64,000 bases of DNA, taken from positions 768,001 to 832,000 of the forward strand of contig OZ241993.1 in assembly GCA_965204575.1 (NCBI GenBank), read 5' to 3'. Under the pieces are notes generated by a model. That model made no database searches and was not told the origin of the DNA. It was given only the letters and a program-made list of their open reading frames with translations. Below are positions 45,346 to 55,424 of the stretch, in pieces. A program made the position numbers and the translations under genes. Position 1 is the first letter of the stretch. Each line of letters starts with the position of its first letter. The DNA is from an uncultured candidatus Porisulfidus sp. GTDB taxonomy: Bacteria; Pseudomonadota; Gammaproteobacteria; Poriferisulfidales; Poriferisulfidaceae.

Positions 45346-45813
45346 TCATACTTCAACTCCTTTACCTTGTTGTATGGCACTCCGGAACTGCATCGGATCA
45401 TCGATAATAGGGGTTGTCAGTGATCCAATTCCCGTCCCTCGACATGACACTTTCCCATAGCCCAGTATCCGGCCCGTTACACCTTGCTTCAAGTTTACGC
45501 CCTCAATTCGAGTTAATGCGATCTCATTGGTAGTTCTCGCAATTAAGCCTGTCTTATAAACCACTCGACTACTCGTAATCACGATTTCGGTAGTGCGCTT
45601 CGTAATCCACATTAGAATTCCTGCAAAGGTTAGTAGAGAGCCAAATCCCCACAACACAAGCATTTGTGAGGAATCTATCAGTATTGTGAGAAACAAAGGA
45701 ATTCCAACAAATAAACACATCACAATGTTCAGGGTGTAGGTCCAGTGAAACTTAGCTTCATACGCAATTGTTTCATTTTTTGCAAGAGTGGATTCCACAT
45801 ATTTTCTAGGCAT
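45346..45813 (-). CDS. Membrane protein with bacterial PH (bPH_2-like) domain
   Basis: YVESTL..NE, two TM helices, TEIVITSSRVVYKTGLIAR..IEGV..QG..GRILGYG; low GC. Confidence 0.8.
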   Translation of the reverse strand: MPRKYVESTLAKNETIAYEAKFHWTYTLNIVMCLFVGIPLFLTILIDSSQMLVLWGFGSLLTFAGILMWITKRTTEIVITSSRVVYKTGLIARTTNEIALTRIEGVNLKQGVTGRILGYGKVSCRGTGIGSLTTPIIDDPMQFRSAIQQGKGVEV

Positions 45814-45930
45814 CTTCTCAGTCCCGAATGTAACTGCCCAAAATGCTCGGGCATCAGTATGCTAGGGCTATGTAACTAGACGCCACTTTATTACATTTTT
45901 ACTTTTGATTCATACTGCAAACTTTTGATG

Positions 45931-46743
45931 CTAGTATGGATCAGTTCCACCATAAGGCAGCATACTAACAAGTTCTTGTGGAGCTTCAACCATATAGCGT
46001 AGCAATAACATAACAAAAAGAGACCATGGCTCCGTAGCTTCATAACAGCATAGCCTACTACCGGGAGTAGGGAGGAGATCAATTGATTGATTTGATGGTA
46101 TGCCACCCACAATTTCGCCGGAAACATTGAGCAACATGTTTTGGTTACTTGTCGCTTTGAGGGCGGCTACAGTGTCAATCCTCTCATGGATCGCTAGATT
46201 TTTGGTTGACACAATGCGCTCATATACGGGTATTAGACGTTCTATTTTTATACTTTCAGCAGCGATGCAGAAGAATATGGACTGCCAATTATTGTGGCTA
46301 CTCCCAAACAAAGTATGAGTTGTATTTATAGGGCTAGGCTGTAATACATAAGCTTTTCGATGTAGTTTTTTGTAACTCAAACATTTGTCAAAACTATTCT
46401 TAAATTCAAATGCATTGAGGCTGGCTTTAATTTCTCCACAGGCATATGTTGCCTCTACAGGAAACATTTGAGCACCGGTGCCCGTAAAAATGCGGGGAGT
46501 ATTCAGCCTGTTGTACAGGATGATATCCATCTGTCTTGACACACCACCAATCGAATCTACAACAAACCCATTTGACACACCCACTTGTTCTGGCAATACC
46601 TCTTCCAATTGAGATCGAAATTGTTGCTCGATTAATGCTCCTGTCTCGCCTGAGTGGGGTATGGAACTCCGAATTTGATCAATAGCAGCGGTTAACTTGT
46701 TTTGAGTGGTGGATAACACGTTGCGGTATAGCGATATGGTCAT
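45931..46743 (-). CDS. DUF6602/NucC-like restriction-fold nuclease
   Basis: HSGETG..E..F..L..LP..V..GFVVDS.G..SRQMDIILY..P..FPVEATYACGEIK; low GC. Confidence 0.72.
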   Translation of the reverse strand: MTISLYRNVLSTTQNKLTAAIDQIRSSIPHSGETGALIEQQFRSQLEEVLPEQVGVSNGFVVDSIGGVSRQMDIILYNRLNTPRIFTGTGAQMFPVEATYACGEIKASLNAFEFKNSFDKCLSYKKLHRKAYVLQPSPINTTHTLFGSSHNNWQSIFFCIAAESIKIERLIPVYERIVSTKNLAIHERIDTVAALKATSNQNMLLNVSGEIVGGIPSNQSIDLLPTPGSRLCCYEATEPWSLFVMLLLRYMVEAPQELVSMLPYGGTDPY

Positions 46744-46815
46744 TTGTAAAAACCCCGACAATCAAAAATGAAGCCTAATTTTTGAAATTAATATATCTTC
46801 GTGGGAAACAAATTT

Positions 46816-47811
46816 TTAGCCATGATTGATGCGAACGAGAGTGCGGCCACGAGCGCGGCCTTCAATGTAAAGCGGGAACCGGCCAGGCAAATCCTCCAAA
46901 TCAATCGTGTCTTCTACCAGCGGTTCCAGGTCTTCCGGCTGAAGGATCCCGAATAACTGGTTCCAGGCGCGATGACGCCGTTCCATCGGGCAGTTGGCCG
47001 AGGTCACGCCCAGGATGCTGACTCCGCGAAGGATGAACGGGATGACGGAGCCCCGGAACTCGTTGCCGGTGGCGCGCCCGATACTAACCACGCTGCCCCA
47101 GGGCTGGGTCATGCGCACCAGCAAAGGCAGGGCGTTACCGCCCAGGTTGTCGATGGCGCCGGCAAATTTGGCCTTCGCCAAGCCATCCGGGTCCGCGGAC
47201 AGGTCGAGAGGTTCCCGGATCTCGCTCGCACCAAGCGCGCGCAAGGCATCATGTGCCTCCGACTTGCCGGTCATGGCAATCGTCGAATAGCCCAGACGGC
47301 TGAGCAGCAGGACGGCCAGGCTGCCGACACCGCCGCTCGCACCGGTCACCAGGACGGGTCCTGTTCCCGGCATGACGTGGTTTTCCTGCAGGCGTTCGAT
47401 GGCCAGCATCGCGGTGAATCCGGCAGTGCCCAGGATGGCCGCCGAGCGCGGGGTGAAGGGGGAAGGGATATCAATGAGAGAATCTCCAGGCACGCGCAGT
47501 CGCTCGGCAAATCCGCCGTCCCGGGTTTCGGACAGCCCGCAACCGGTTATCAGGACCGGTTGTCCGGTCACGAATTTCTCATTCTCGCTGGAGACCACGG
47601 TGCCGGCTGCGTCGATTCCACCGATCAGGGTCGGCACGCGCAGGATCGGGGCCGTGCCGGTCGCGGCCATCGCGTCCTTGTAGTTGATCGCGGAGAACTC
47701 CGGCGCGATCACCACGTCACCGGGGCTCAGTTCCTCCACCGAAACTTGCACGAGTTCGCAGTGGAGCTCTTTTTCGGCCCAGAGGCGCAATGCGCGGTAG
47801 GAATCGCTCAT
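46816..47811 (-). CDS. YhdH/AcuI family (acryloyl-CoA reductase-like) MDR oxidoreductase
   Basis: INYKDA, GIDAAG, LGTAGFTA, VTGASGGVGS, PFILRGVSILG. Confidence 0.92.
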   Translation of the reverse strand: MSDSYRALRLWAEKELHCELVQVSVEELSPGDVVIAPEFSAINYKDAMAATGTAPILRVPTLIGGIDAAGTVVSSENEKFVTGQPVLITGCGLSETRDGGFAERLRVPGDSLIDIPSPFTPRSAAILGTAGFTAMLAIERLQENHVMPGTGPVLVTGASGGVGSLAVLLLSRLGYSTIAMTGKSEAHDALRALGASEIREPLDLSADPDGLAKAKFAGAIDNLGGNALPLLVRMTQPWGSVVSIGRATGNEFRGSVIPFILRGVSILGVTSANCPMERRHRAWNQLFGILQPEDLEPLVEDTIDLEDLPGRFPLYIEGRARGRTLVRINHG

Positions 47812-48956
47812 GCGCTCAGACCCCGGTACAGTTCGCAGGCACGTGCGTAGGCGGCGTCCGGGTCGGAGTTCAGGACACAGAGGTGCCCCATCTTGCGCCC
47901 GGGGCGTGCCTCCTCCTTGCCGTACAGGTGCAACCGCACGGTTGGGTCGCTTTCAAGCGGCGTCCAGTCGGGTTCGCCGCCGTTCCAAAGGTCTCCCAGC
48001 AGGTTGATCATCACGGCGGGCGTGTGTTGCGTGGGAGCGGCGAGCGGAAGTCCGCACAAAATCCGCGCCTGCTGCTCGAACTGCGAAGCGACGCAGGCAT
48101 CCAGCGTGTAGTGGCCGCTGTTGTGGGGGCGGGGTGCCATCTCGTTGAAGAAGACACCATCGGACGTCACGAAGTATTCGACCGCAAGCACGCCGTGGTA
48201 GTCAAGCGCGTCGGCAATCTTGCGCGCGCTGTCCTGGACCTGTTTCTGGACGATCCCGGAGACATCGGCCGGGGCGCGGGAGCAGTGCAGGATCCCGTTG
48301 CGATGCTCGTTTTCCGCGACCGGATAGGCGACGCTGTATTCGCAATCCCGAGCCACGATGACGGAGACTTCCTGCTGCAGGTCGAGCTGGCGTTCCAGCA
48401 CGCAGGAAACGCTGCCGAACCGGGCGAATGCCGCTTCCGCTTCCTCGGGGGCCCCAACGACTGCCTGGCCCTTGCCGTCGTAGCCCAGGCGGTCGGTCTT
48501 CAAGATGCAGGGAACCCCGACCTGTTCCAGTGCGGCCGGGATCTGCGCTGCGTCCGAAATGGGCTGGTAGGGCACCGGAGGCGTGGCGGGCGTGTGCTCC
48601 GAAGCGAAACGCTTTTCGGCCAGCCGGCTTTGTGCGACGGAGAGGGGCTGGGCATCGGGCCGGACCGTGATCCGGTTGCGCAGGTATTCCACCGCCTGGG
48701 CGGGAACGGCCTCGAATTCGTAACTGGCGGCTTCGCACATCTCGCCGAGCCGGTCCAGCGCATCCGTTTGGTCGTATCCGGCGATCAAGTGTTCATCGGC
48801 AAGAAGCCCGGCCGGGCAGGGATCTTTCGGCTCCAATACGACGACGCGGTAGCCCAGGCGTTGCGCGGCCTCGGTGAACATGCGACCCAACTGGCCGCCG
48901 CCGAGCATGCCGAGATGGGCGCCGGGCGCGAGAGGTTCAGTCGAGTTTCTGCTCAA
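47808..48956 (-). CDS. purK: N5-CAIR synthase
   Basis: [41 protein letters not shown]. Start uncertain (TTG 48956). Confidence 0.95.
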   Translation of the reverse strand: MSRNSTEPLAPGAHLGMLGGGQLGRMFTEAAQRLGYRVVVLEPKDPCPAGLLADEHLIAGYDQTDALDRLGEMCEAASYEFEAVPAQAVEYLRNRITVRPDAQPLSVAQSRLAEKRFASEHTPATPPVPYQPISDAAQIPAALEQVGVPCILKTDRLGYDGKGQAVVGAPEEAEAAFARFGSVSCVLERQLDLQQEVSVIVARDCEYSVAYPVAENEHRNGILHCSRAPADVSGIVQKQVQDSARKIADALDYHGVLAVEYFVTSDGVFFNEMAPRPHNSGHYTLDACVASQFEQQARILCGLPLAAPTQHTPAVMINLLGDLWNGGEPDWTPLESDPTVRLHLYGKEEARPGRKMGHLCVLNSDPDAAYARACELYRGLSA

Positions 48957-49434
48957 GGACGGAGCGGGTCTGGGCGTCCCGAAAGGCATCCAGCCGTTCC
49001 GCCAGATCCGGGTCTCCGCCGGCCAGCATTGCCGCCGCGAACAGCGCGGCATTTGCGGCCCCGGGTGCGCCGACGGCGAAAGTGGCAACGGGAATGCCTT
49101 TCGGCATCTGTGCGATCGACAGCAGGGAATCCCAGCCTTGCAGCGCGGTGGCGTTGATGGGAACGCCGAGCACCGGCAACGGGGTCATAGCCGCCAGCAT
49201 GCCGGGCAGGTGCGCGGCTCCGCCGGCACCGGCGATGATGCAGCGAATCCCGCGATCGCGGGCGCCACGGGCGAATTCCGCCATCAGGTCGGGCGTGCGG
49301 TGCGCGGAGACCACCTGCGCGAAGTAAGGAACCTCCAGCGCGTCCAGGTGTTCGGCCGCAGCCTTCATGGTTTCCCAATCGCTGCGGCTTCCCATCACGA
49401 TGGCGACGGGCGGGGCCGGGTCGGGGTTGGTCAT
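48937..49434 (-). CDS. purE: N5-CAIR mutase
   Basis: [37 protein letters not shown]. Confidence 0.97.
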   Translation of the reverse strand: MTNPDPAPPVAIVMGSRSDWETMKAAAEHLDALEVPYFAQVVSAHRTPDLMAEFARGARDRGIRCIIAGAGGAAHLPGMLAAMTPLPVLGVPINATALQGWDSLLSIAQMPKGIPVATFAVGAPGAANAALFAAAMLAGGDPDLAERLDAFRDAQTRSVLEQKLD

Positions 49435-49487
49435 GACGCTTCGGTAACGTTGGCGAAGCAACGAATTATACTCCCCGGTGGTTCATA

Positions 49488-50414
49488 ATGGGCGTTTCCA
49501 CTAGGGTCCCGACGACCGTGTCTCCTGTATTTCGCACTGATCTCGCCCATTTGAAACGCATTGCCGAGGGCAAAGTGCGCGATCTGTACGAAATCGATTC
49601 GCAGCACATGCTGATGGTAGCCACCGACCGGTTGTCGGCCTTTGACGTGGTGCTGCCGACCCCGATCCCGGGAAAAGGGCGAATCCTGACCGCCGTCTCC
49701 GGATTCTGGTTCGACCGCCTGGAGCCGGTCGTGCCGAACCACTGTTGCCCGCTGGGACTGGAGGATTTGCCGCTGGAGCCCGAAGAGCGAACCCTGCTGG
49801 CAGGCCGAAGCCTGCGGGTGCGGAAGCTTGAGCCGCTGCCGGTCGAGGCCGTGGTCCGCGGCTACCTGATCGGGTCGGGCTGGAAGGATTACCAGCGCGA
49901 AGGCCGGGTCTGCGGAATCGACCTGCCGCCCGGTCTGGCTCTGGCCGAGCGCCTGCCGGAACCGTTGTTCACGCCTGCGACCAAGGCCCAGCGGGGAGAG
50001 CACGACGAGAACATCAGTTTCGAAAGAGTGACAGACCTGATCGGAAGGGAACGCGCGGAAGAAGTGCGGGACGTGAGCCTGCGGCTGTACGCCGAGGCGA
50101 GCGCCCATGCCCGCGAATGCGGTGTCATAATCGCGGACACCAAGTTCGAATTTGGCTTGGACGAGGCGGGGACGCTGGTGCTGATCGACGAAGTGCTGAC
50201 GCCGGATTCCTCCCGCTTCTGGGATGCGGACGACTGGCGTGCGGGCGAGAACCCGTACAGTTTCGACAAGCAGTTCGTGCGCGATTGGCTGGAAACCCTG
50301 GAATGGGACAAGCGGCCCCCCGGCCCGGAAATCCCGATTGAAATCGTGGCACGGACCACGGAACGTTACCGACAGATCGGCCGCCGCCTGTGCGGCGGGT
50401 CGATCCCCGACTGA
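49488..50414 (+). CDS. purC: SAICAR synthase
   Basis: GKVRDLY, TDRLSAFD, ADTKFEFG, DEVLTPDSSRFW, DKQFVRDWL; start may be GTG 49518. Confidence 0.97.
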   Translation: MGVSTRVPTTVSPVFRTDLAHLKRIAEGKVRDLYEIDSQHMLMVATDRLSAFDVVLPTPIPGKGRILTAVSGFWFDRLEPVVPNHCCPLGLEDLPLEPEERTLLAGRSLRVRKLEPLPVEAVVRGYLIGSGWKDYQREGRVCGIDLPPGLALAERLPEPLFTPATKAQRGEHDENISFERVTDLIGRERAEEVRDVSLRLYAEASAHARECGVIIADTKFEFGLDEAGTLVLIDEVLTPDSSRFWDADDWRAGENPYSFDKQFVRDWLETLEWDKRPPGPEIPIEIVARTTERYRQIGRRLCGGSIPD

Positions 50415-50426
50415 AGGAGAGGACTT

Positions 50427-50792
50427 ATGGAAAGAATAGAAGAACCCGGGAAGGCCCCGGAAGTCCGCATTGCGGAATTGGAGAAACTGACCGGCCGCCT
50501 GCGCATTGGCCTGATCCTGATCGGGTCACTGATCCTGTACCAGGGCACTTGGGAAATCGGATTGCTGGGCCCGGTTCGGGTGTACGCGTCGGAGGTTTAC
50601 GCCAGCCAGTTCATCCTGGAAGACGAAGATCAGAAGGTCTACGGTCGCTGGGAGGTGACGGAGGAAGAGGGCCCGGCGCAATTCGTGGTGTTCGGCGATA
50701 GCCGGGACTATATTCGGATCAGCGCGGAAGGCCTGGAGCAGCGAGAGGACCGGGTGGTGCCGGAGTCGGGCATGATTCCACTGGAAAAATAG
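50427..50792 (+). CDS. Hypothetical single-pass membrane protein
   Basis: RBS GGAGAGG, one TM helix, C-terminal beta-rich region. Confidence 0.65.
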   Translation: MERIEEPGKAPEVRIAELEKLTGRLRIGLILIGSLILYQGTWEIGLLGPVRVYASEVYASQFILEDEDQKVYGRWEVTEEEGPAQFVVFGDSRDYIRISAEGLEQREDRVVPESGMIPLEK

Positions 50793-50832
50793 CCAATCGT
50801 GATAAAATGAACTTTCACCCGTGAGACTCACG

Positions 50833-51276
50833 ATGAAGAGCAAGACACTGACCCGCAGCACGGTCAGCGCCAAACCCGGTGCTGGCAGCTGGTACGTGGT
50901 GGATGCCGCCGACCAGGTCCTGGGGCGCTTGGCGACCCAGGTGGCGCACTGCCTGCGCGGCAAGCACCGCCCCGACTGGACGCCGCATGTGGATGCGGGC
51001 GACCACGTCATCGTGCTCAACGCCTCTTCGGTGCGGGTGACCGGCAACAAGCGGGCCGGCAAGATCTACCACCGCCACACCGGTTATATCGGAAACCTGC
51101 GCAGCGAGTCCTTCGAAGACCTCCAGGAACGTGCCCCCCAGAAAATTATTGAGTTGGCGGTTCGCGGGATGCTTCCCAAGAGCCGGCTGGGCAGCCGCAT
51201 GCTGCGCCGGCTGCATGTCTATTCCGGGGACGAGCATCAGCACGCCGCCCAGCAGCCTGCGGCATTGGAGATCTGA
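50833..51276 (+). CDS. rplM: 50S ribosomal protein L13
   Basis: [34 protein letters not shown]. Confidence 0.97.
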   Translation: MKSKTLTRSTVSAKPGAGSWYVVDAADQVLGRLATQVAHCLRGKHRPDWTPHVDAGDHVIVLNASSVRVTGNKRAGKIYHRHTGYIGNLRSESFEDLQERAPQKIIELAVRGMLPKSRLGSRMLRRLHVYSGDEHQHAAQQPAALEI

Positions 51277-51278
51277 GC

Positions 51279-51671
51279 ATGGCCGCGTCAGTTTTCCTGG
51301 GCACCGGGCGCCGCAAAGACTCGACGGCCCGCGTGCGGCTGAGCGAGGGCTCCGGGAAAATGCGGGTCAACAACCGCGATCTTAAAGATTATTTCGTCCG
51401 CGAGACCGCCCGCATCCAGGTCTGCCAGCCGCTGGCCGTGTGCGACATGCTGGGCAAGTTTGATCTGGATGCCAAGGTATCCGGCGGCGGCACCAGCGGC
51501 CAGGCCGGGGCCATCAGGCTCGGCATCGCCCGGGCGCTGCTTTCCTACAACGAAGAGAACCGTGCACAACTGCGACAAGGCGGGTTCCTGACCCGTGATT
51601 CAAGAATAGTCGAAAGAAAGAAAGTTGGGTTAAGAAAAGCCCGCAAGGACATTCAGTACTCCAAACGCTGA
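51279..51671 (+). CDS. rpsI: 30S ribosomal protein S9
   Basis: [42 protein letters not shown]. Confidence 0.98.
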   Translation: MAASVFLGTGRRKDSTARVRLSEGSGKMRVNNRDLKDYFVRETARIQVCQPLAVCDMLGKFDLDAKVSGGGTSGQAGAIRLGIARALLSYNEENRAQLRQGGFLTRDSRIVERKKVGLRKARKDIQYSKR

Positions 51672-51680
51672 GTTGAGTCA

Positions 51681-51715
51681 CTGAAACCTTCCGGGTACTT
51701 CTGGAAGGCTTTCAG
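51681..51715 (+). terminator. Hairpin after rpsI
   Basis: CTGAAA-CCTTCCGG..CTGGAAGG-C-TTTCAG imperfect stem followed by a T-rich tract. Confidence 0.55.
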
Positions 51716-51828
51716 AATTTTCCAAAACCTAATCTGTCTGGCCGGAACCTGACGCCGGGGTCTTGCGCCTTGGCTGCCAAGTGTCTCGGCGAGGCACCAA
51801 TTTCAACTTCAACCAAATAGGGGAAAAC

Positions 51829-52929
51829 ATGAAAAACTGGAAATTGATTGCTGCCTTTGCGGCAGCTCTAACAGGGACAGCCATGCCGGCTCATGCCGAG
51901 ATCGATCTCTCGGCGAACTTCGGCATCATGTCCGATTACATCTATCGCGGCTTCCATCAGAGCGATGGCGTGGCCAACGGCGGGATTGACCTGGCAACAG
52001 GCCCGTTCTACCTGGGCACCTGGATCGCCGACCTTGATTCCGGCAACGGGATCGAGATCGACGTCTACGGGGGCTTGGCTTTCGAGTTCGATAATGGCTT
52101 CTCGGCGTATGTCGGGTATACCGCCTACCGCTACACGGAGGACGACGACGGGGTCTACACTCCGGCCGACCCTGGTAAACCAGCCGTGTATAGCAGCGCC
52201 TACGAGAAAAGTGTAACGACGGACAAGACGGGCTACAGACTCGGCACAAATGGGAGCAGCACTGTGAAAATCACAGGTGGCGTGTACGAGTATGTCCCAG
52301 ATGATCAGAACGACACTCCTCCGACGGTAAATCTCAATGCCGACAACGATGGGACCTACGTCTGGACGGACGCTGAATATGATGCTCTTGATGCTGCAAC
52401 ACAGGCGAAATACACAAGGGTGACTGAGACTGAAACCGTCAGCAACCGGTACACGCCGACGGAATACGCGGCATTGGAGGATGCGGAGCAGATGGCTTAT
52501 ACGAAGGTTGCCGACTCCGAGGAGGTTGCCGTCAAAGCCGTCGAACCGACCGCAGCCAGTTGCGACAATACCGGGTTCGACAAGGACTACGACGAGATCA
52601 ATGTCGGCGTGGGTTATGCCAAGGGTGATTTCTCGGCCAGCCTGGACTACTCAATCGGTGAGCATGAGAATTTCTGCGGGGCCGAAGACAATGACTACGA
52701 TATCGCCACGCTGACCTTGGACTACAAGGGCGCCTACGTGACGTTCGGCACCTACGGCCTCAGCGAGGACGACGTGGACAAGGGCGAGCCGGAAGGTGAT
52801 TACGTCGAGCTGGGCTATGCCACGACGATCAATGAGATTGATTTCGCGGTTTACCTGGTCGACTCAAACGAAGATATCGATGACGAGACCCGTCTCGGGA
52901 TGAGTGTGAGTTACGGATTCGGGCTGTAA
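51829..52929 (+). CDS. TorF/Gcw_chp-like outer-membrane beta-barrel with a large loop insertion
   Basis: Signal peptide (..PAHA), SANFGIMSDYIYRG..QS, GFYLGTW-like strand, EIDVYGG, DYDE, C-terminal VSYGFGL. Confidence 0.82.
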   Translation: MKNWKLIAAFAAALTGTAMPAHAEIDLSANFGIMSDYIYRGFHQSDGVANGGIDLATGPFYLGTWIADLDSGNGIEIDVYGGLAFEFDNGFSAYVGYTAYRYTEDDDGVYTPADPGKPAVYSSAYEKSVTTDKTGYRLGTNGSSTVKITGGVYEYVPDDQNDTPPTVNLNADNDGTYVWTDAEYDALDAATQAKYTRVTETETVSNRYTPTEYAALEDAEQMAYTKVADSEEVAVKAVEPTAASCDNTGFDKDYDEINVGVGYAKGDFSASLDYSIGEHENFCGAEDNDYDIATLTLDYKGAYVTFGTYGLSEDDVDKGEPEGDYVELGYATTINEIDFAVYLVDSNEDIDDETRLGMSVSYGFGL

Positions 52930-52969
52930 ACGGTTATTGGTAGTACGCTCGAAGCAATCCGGCACCAGG

Positions 52970-52998
52970 AGGGCCTGTCCGCGAAGCGGGCAGGCCTT
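52970..52998. terminator. Hairpin between the porin gene and tRNA-Ser
   Basis: AGGGCCTGTCCGC-GAA-GCGGGCAGGCCTT. Confidence 0.65.
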
Positions 52999-53042
52999 GC
53001 CTTTTAAGGGATGCCAGCAAGTGAGATTCTCTTTGGTACGTG

Positions 53043-53132
53043 TGGCGGAGAGTGAGGGATTCGAACCCTCGGTACGACAAGTCGCACAACGGTTTTCGAG
53101 ACCGCCCCGTTCGACCACTCCGGCAACTCTCC
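53043..53132 (-). tRNA. tRNA-Ser(CGA)
   Basis: GGAGAGT acceptor, anticodon loop CT-CGA-AA, long variable arm, GGTTCGAATCC, encoded CCA; 90 nt. Confidence 0.97.
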
Positions 53133-53347
53133 GCTGCGTAGCGTACCATCCGCCGGGATGCCGCCCTAGTTGGCGGGCTGTGCGGGGGTCAACGAAACGA
53201 CCCGGTTGGTTTGGTTGTAGCTGACAGTTTACGGGCGAGTGGTGGGCACCATTCTTTCAGGAATCTTCATGTAGAATACCAATACTACAAGCCCAAGGCG
53301 CGGAATGCGCTCATCGTGTCACCGTCATACCTGACTCCGAAGAAAAT

Positions 53348-55135
53348 ATGCCTGCTTTTATCCGCTATCCGTTATTTGGCTGCGTCATTTTTGCCCTATC
53401 CGCCTGCGGCAGTTCCGGCAGTTCCAGATTGCTGGAGCCAGCAGCAGCCCCTGCCACGGGAGGATCTGTGCCCGAAGTCCAAAAGGAATACTCCAGTGTG
53501 GATTACCTGCTGGAGGACATTCAGGAAATTCAGGATGCCATAGGCAAGTTTGCCGGCAACCTGCTGCAGGTCTATAGAGACGCAGACGGGAACAAGTATC
53601 TCCTGACGGACGCGAACGTCACCTCCATGAATGTGGATGGCGTGACGAAGCCGACGGGTGTGGAAACGATTCCCGATTTTGCTAATTTATTTGCCGTTTA
53701 CAAGGATGAGAATGAAAACGAGTACCTTCTCACGCCTGCCAACGTGGCCGACATGGATTTGATGGGCGTGGATCTGCCGACGGGTGTTGACACGGCCCCG
53801 GATTTTGCCGACCTGACGAAGGTTCGCGATGGAGACGGTACGGGAGCTACGAGGTTGTCCAAAACACCGACTCAACTTGACAAATTGAGAGACAACATTG
53901 TGCTCATCAGCACCCGGTACCTAAGCACGGGCGCCGTGTTGGCCCAGACTGTCGATGAGAATGTCGAGGACGAACGTCCCGACGCTACGATGCCTGAATC
54001 CACTCCCGTCGCCACTTGCGGGGATGCGAGCGCGACCGGTCCTGCAAAGTGTACGTTTGGCCCGGACTCGCTACGAGAGGATGGAATAATTTTCCATTTG
54101 GGTCGGACAGGGTCTTCGGATAAGAATCGTGTAGGTTTTCGCAGTTTTAAGGCGGACCGCGAACCCGTCATGTCTTACCGCGATGCCGAGATGTCGCAGG
54201 TCAGGCAATTGGAAACCGGAGAGTCTGTCCTCCCGCAGGTGTATAAAGACGAAGACGGGAACAAGTATCTCCTGACGAGCGCCAATGTCACCGGCAAGAA
54301 TCTTGATGATGTGGAGTTGCCGGGCGATGTTACAGAAAGACCGGAATTTGCCGACTTGTTCGCCGTCTACAAGGATGAGGATGATAACGAGTACCTCCTT
54401 ACGCCTGCTAACGTGGCCGGCATGAATCTCGATGACGTGAAGTTGCCGGATGATGTTACAGAAAGACCGGCTTTTGCCGACCTGACGATAGTTCGTGAGG
54501 GAGAAAGCGACGGTTATCAGTACGTTGGCTATGACGGCATGCTGCAATACAGCATGTTCTTTGTCGGAGTGTACCGGTTTTTCGACGAGGATGACGATCT
54601 CGAGCACCTGCGTTTCGAAAATGCCTCGCTGGGCCGGATCTATGACGAGGATTCCATTGAATCCGGTATCCAGTCTCCCAGTGTCGCGTTGACCGGGAAA
54701 GGCGTCATGGTCGGTGTGGAAAGACGAATAACCACCCTAGATAGCCACCTCGTCCAAGGTGACGTGAACATCATGTACGATCCTTCTGTTGAGGCTGATG
54801 CTGATGCTACCCCACCTGTTGAGGCAGCGCCCGCGATGATCGATATCGAAATCGCCAACATTCAGAGGTTGGCTGATGATGGCGAGGCGTGGTACGCAGG
54901 AAATGCTTATGCAGCGGCACTGACCTGGACAAATCTGGAGGTTACGGGTTCCAAATTCTCCGGAGGCGATCTCAATCCACTTACCGCAACCCCAGGGAAA
55001 CTGGAAGGCTCTTTCTACGGCACGAAGGACCGCCCCGAGGTGGGTGGAGTCTTCCACCATGTGGGTGGCTCGCACGAAATCATCGGTTCGTTCGGTTCTA
55101 GGCTTGCGGAGCCGGAGGATGATGATGAGGAATGA
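53348..55135 (+). CDS. Surface lipoprotein with TbpB-like C-terminal barrel and four 42-aa repeats
   Basis: LSAC lipobox then GSSGSS; C-terminal LEGSFYG....EVGGVF......IIGSFG as in TbpB/Slam-substrate barrels; very acidic. Confidence 0.78.
   Translation: MPAFIRYPLFGCVIFALSACGSSGSSRLLEPAAAPATGGSVPEVQKEYSSVDYLLEDIQEIQDAIGKFAGNLLQVYRDADGNKYLLTDANVTSMNVDGVTKPTGVETIPDFANLFAVYKDENENEYLLTPANVADMDLMGVDLPTGVDTAPDFADLTKVRDGDGTGATRLSKTPTQLDKLRDNIVLISTRYLSTGAVLAQTVDENVEDERPDATMPESTPVATCGDASATGPAKCTFGPDSLREDGIIFHLGRTGSSDKNRVGFRSFKADREPVMSYRDAEMSQVRQLETGESVLPQVYKDEDGNKYLLTSANVTGKNLDDVELPGDVTERPEFADLFAVYKDEDDNEYLLTPANVAGMNLDDVKLPDDVTERPAFADLTIVREGESDGYQYVGYDGMLQYSMFFVGVYRFFDEDDDLEHLRFENASLGRIYDEDSIESGIQSPSVALTGKGVMVGVERRITTLDSHLVQGDVNIMYDPSVEADADATPPVEAAPAMIDIEIANIQRLADDGEAWYAGNAYAAALTWTNLEVTGSKFSGGDLNPLTATPGKLEGSFYGTKDRPEVGGVFHHVGGSHEIIGSFGSRLAEPEDDDEE
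53570..53821 (+). repeat. Tandem pair of 126-bp coding repeats (block 1)
   Basis: Units start at 53570 and 53696: VY(R/K)D...N.YLLT.ANV..M...GV..PTGV.T.PDFA.L. Confidence 0.9.
54239..54490 (+). repeat. Tandem pair of 126-bp coding repeats (block 2)
   Basis: Units start at 54239 and 54365: VYKDED.N.YLLT.ANV.G.NLDDV.LP.DVTERP.FADL. Confidence 0.9.
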
Positions 55136-55304
55136 TGGGTCAGTGATTCAGCGGTCGGGGCGTGAAGCAGCAGTAAAGTGGACCATCTGGCATCAATGCC
55201 GATAATCCCGGACAAGCCCGACGGAGGGCTCGTTATCCGTAGCCTTTCCTGAGTGCGAAGCAGTCCGTGACCTTGATGCAGGTCGGAATCCAAGAACCGG
55301 GAAT

Positions 55305-55378
55305 TGGCTGGGGGAGAGGGATTCGAACCCCCGCTGGCGGAGTCAGAGTCCGCAGTCCTACCACTAGACGATCCCCCA
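55305..55378 (-). tRNA. tRNA-Gln(CTG)
   Basis: TGGGGGA acceptor, GCGGA-CT-CTG-AC-TCCGC anticodon arm, GGTTCGAATCC, CCA; 74 nt. Confidence 0.96.
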
Positions 55379-55424
55379 GCGGTGCGGTTAAAATTATACG
55401 CTCACCAAGCAGGAGCAATTCCCC

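Noticed and set aside
45891-46127. Extra small ORFs in the low-GC islet
   Set aside because: Overlap the DUF6602 gene out of frame; no RBS or motif.
51716-51828. Structured leader before the TorF-like porin (two short hairpins)
   Set aside because: Stems are only 5-7 bp in GC-rich DNA with no recognisable aptamer.
53133-53347. Riboswitch upstream of the surface lipoprotein (GGGTC..GAAA..GACCC hairpin)
   Set aside because: Single hairpin lacking the other conserved elements of c-di-GMP or other riboswitches I can recognise; region also holds the tRNA promoter.
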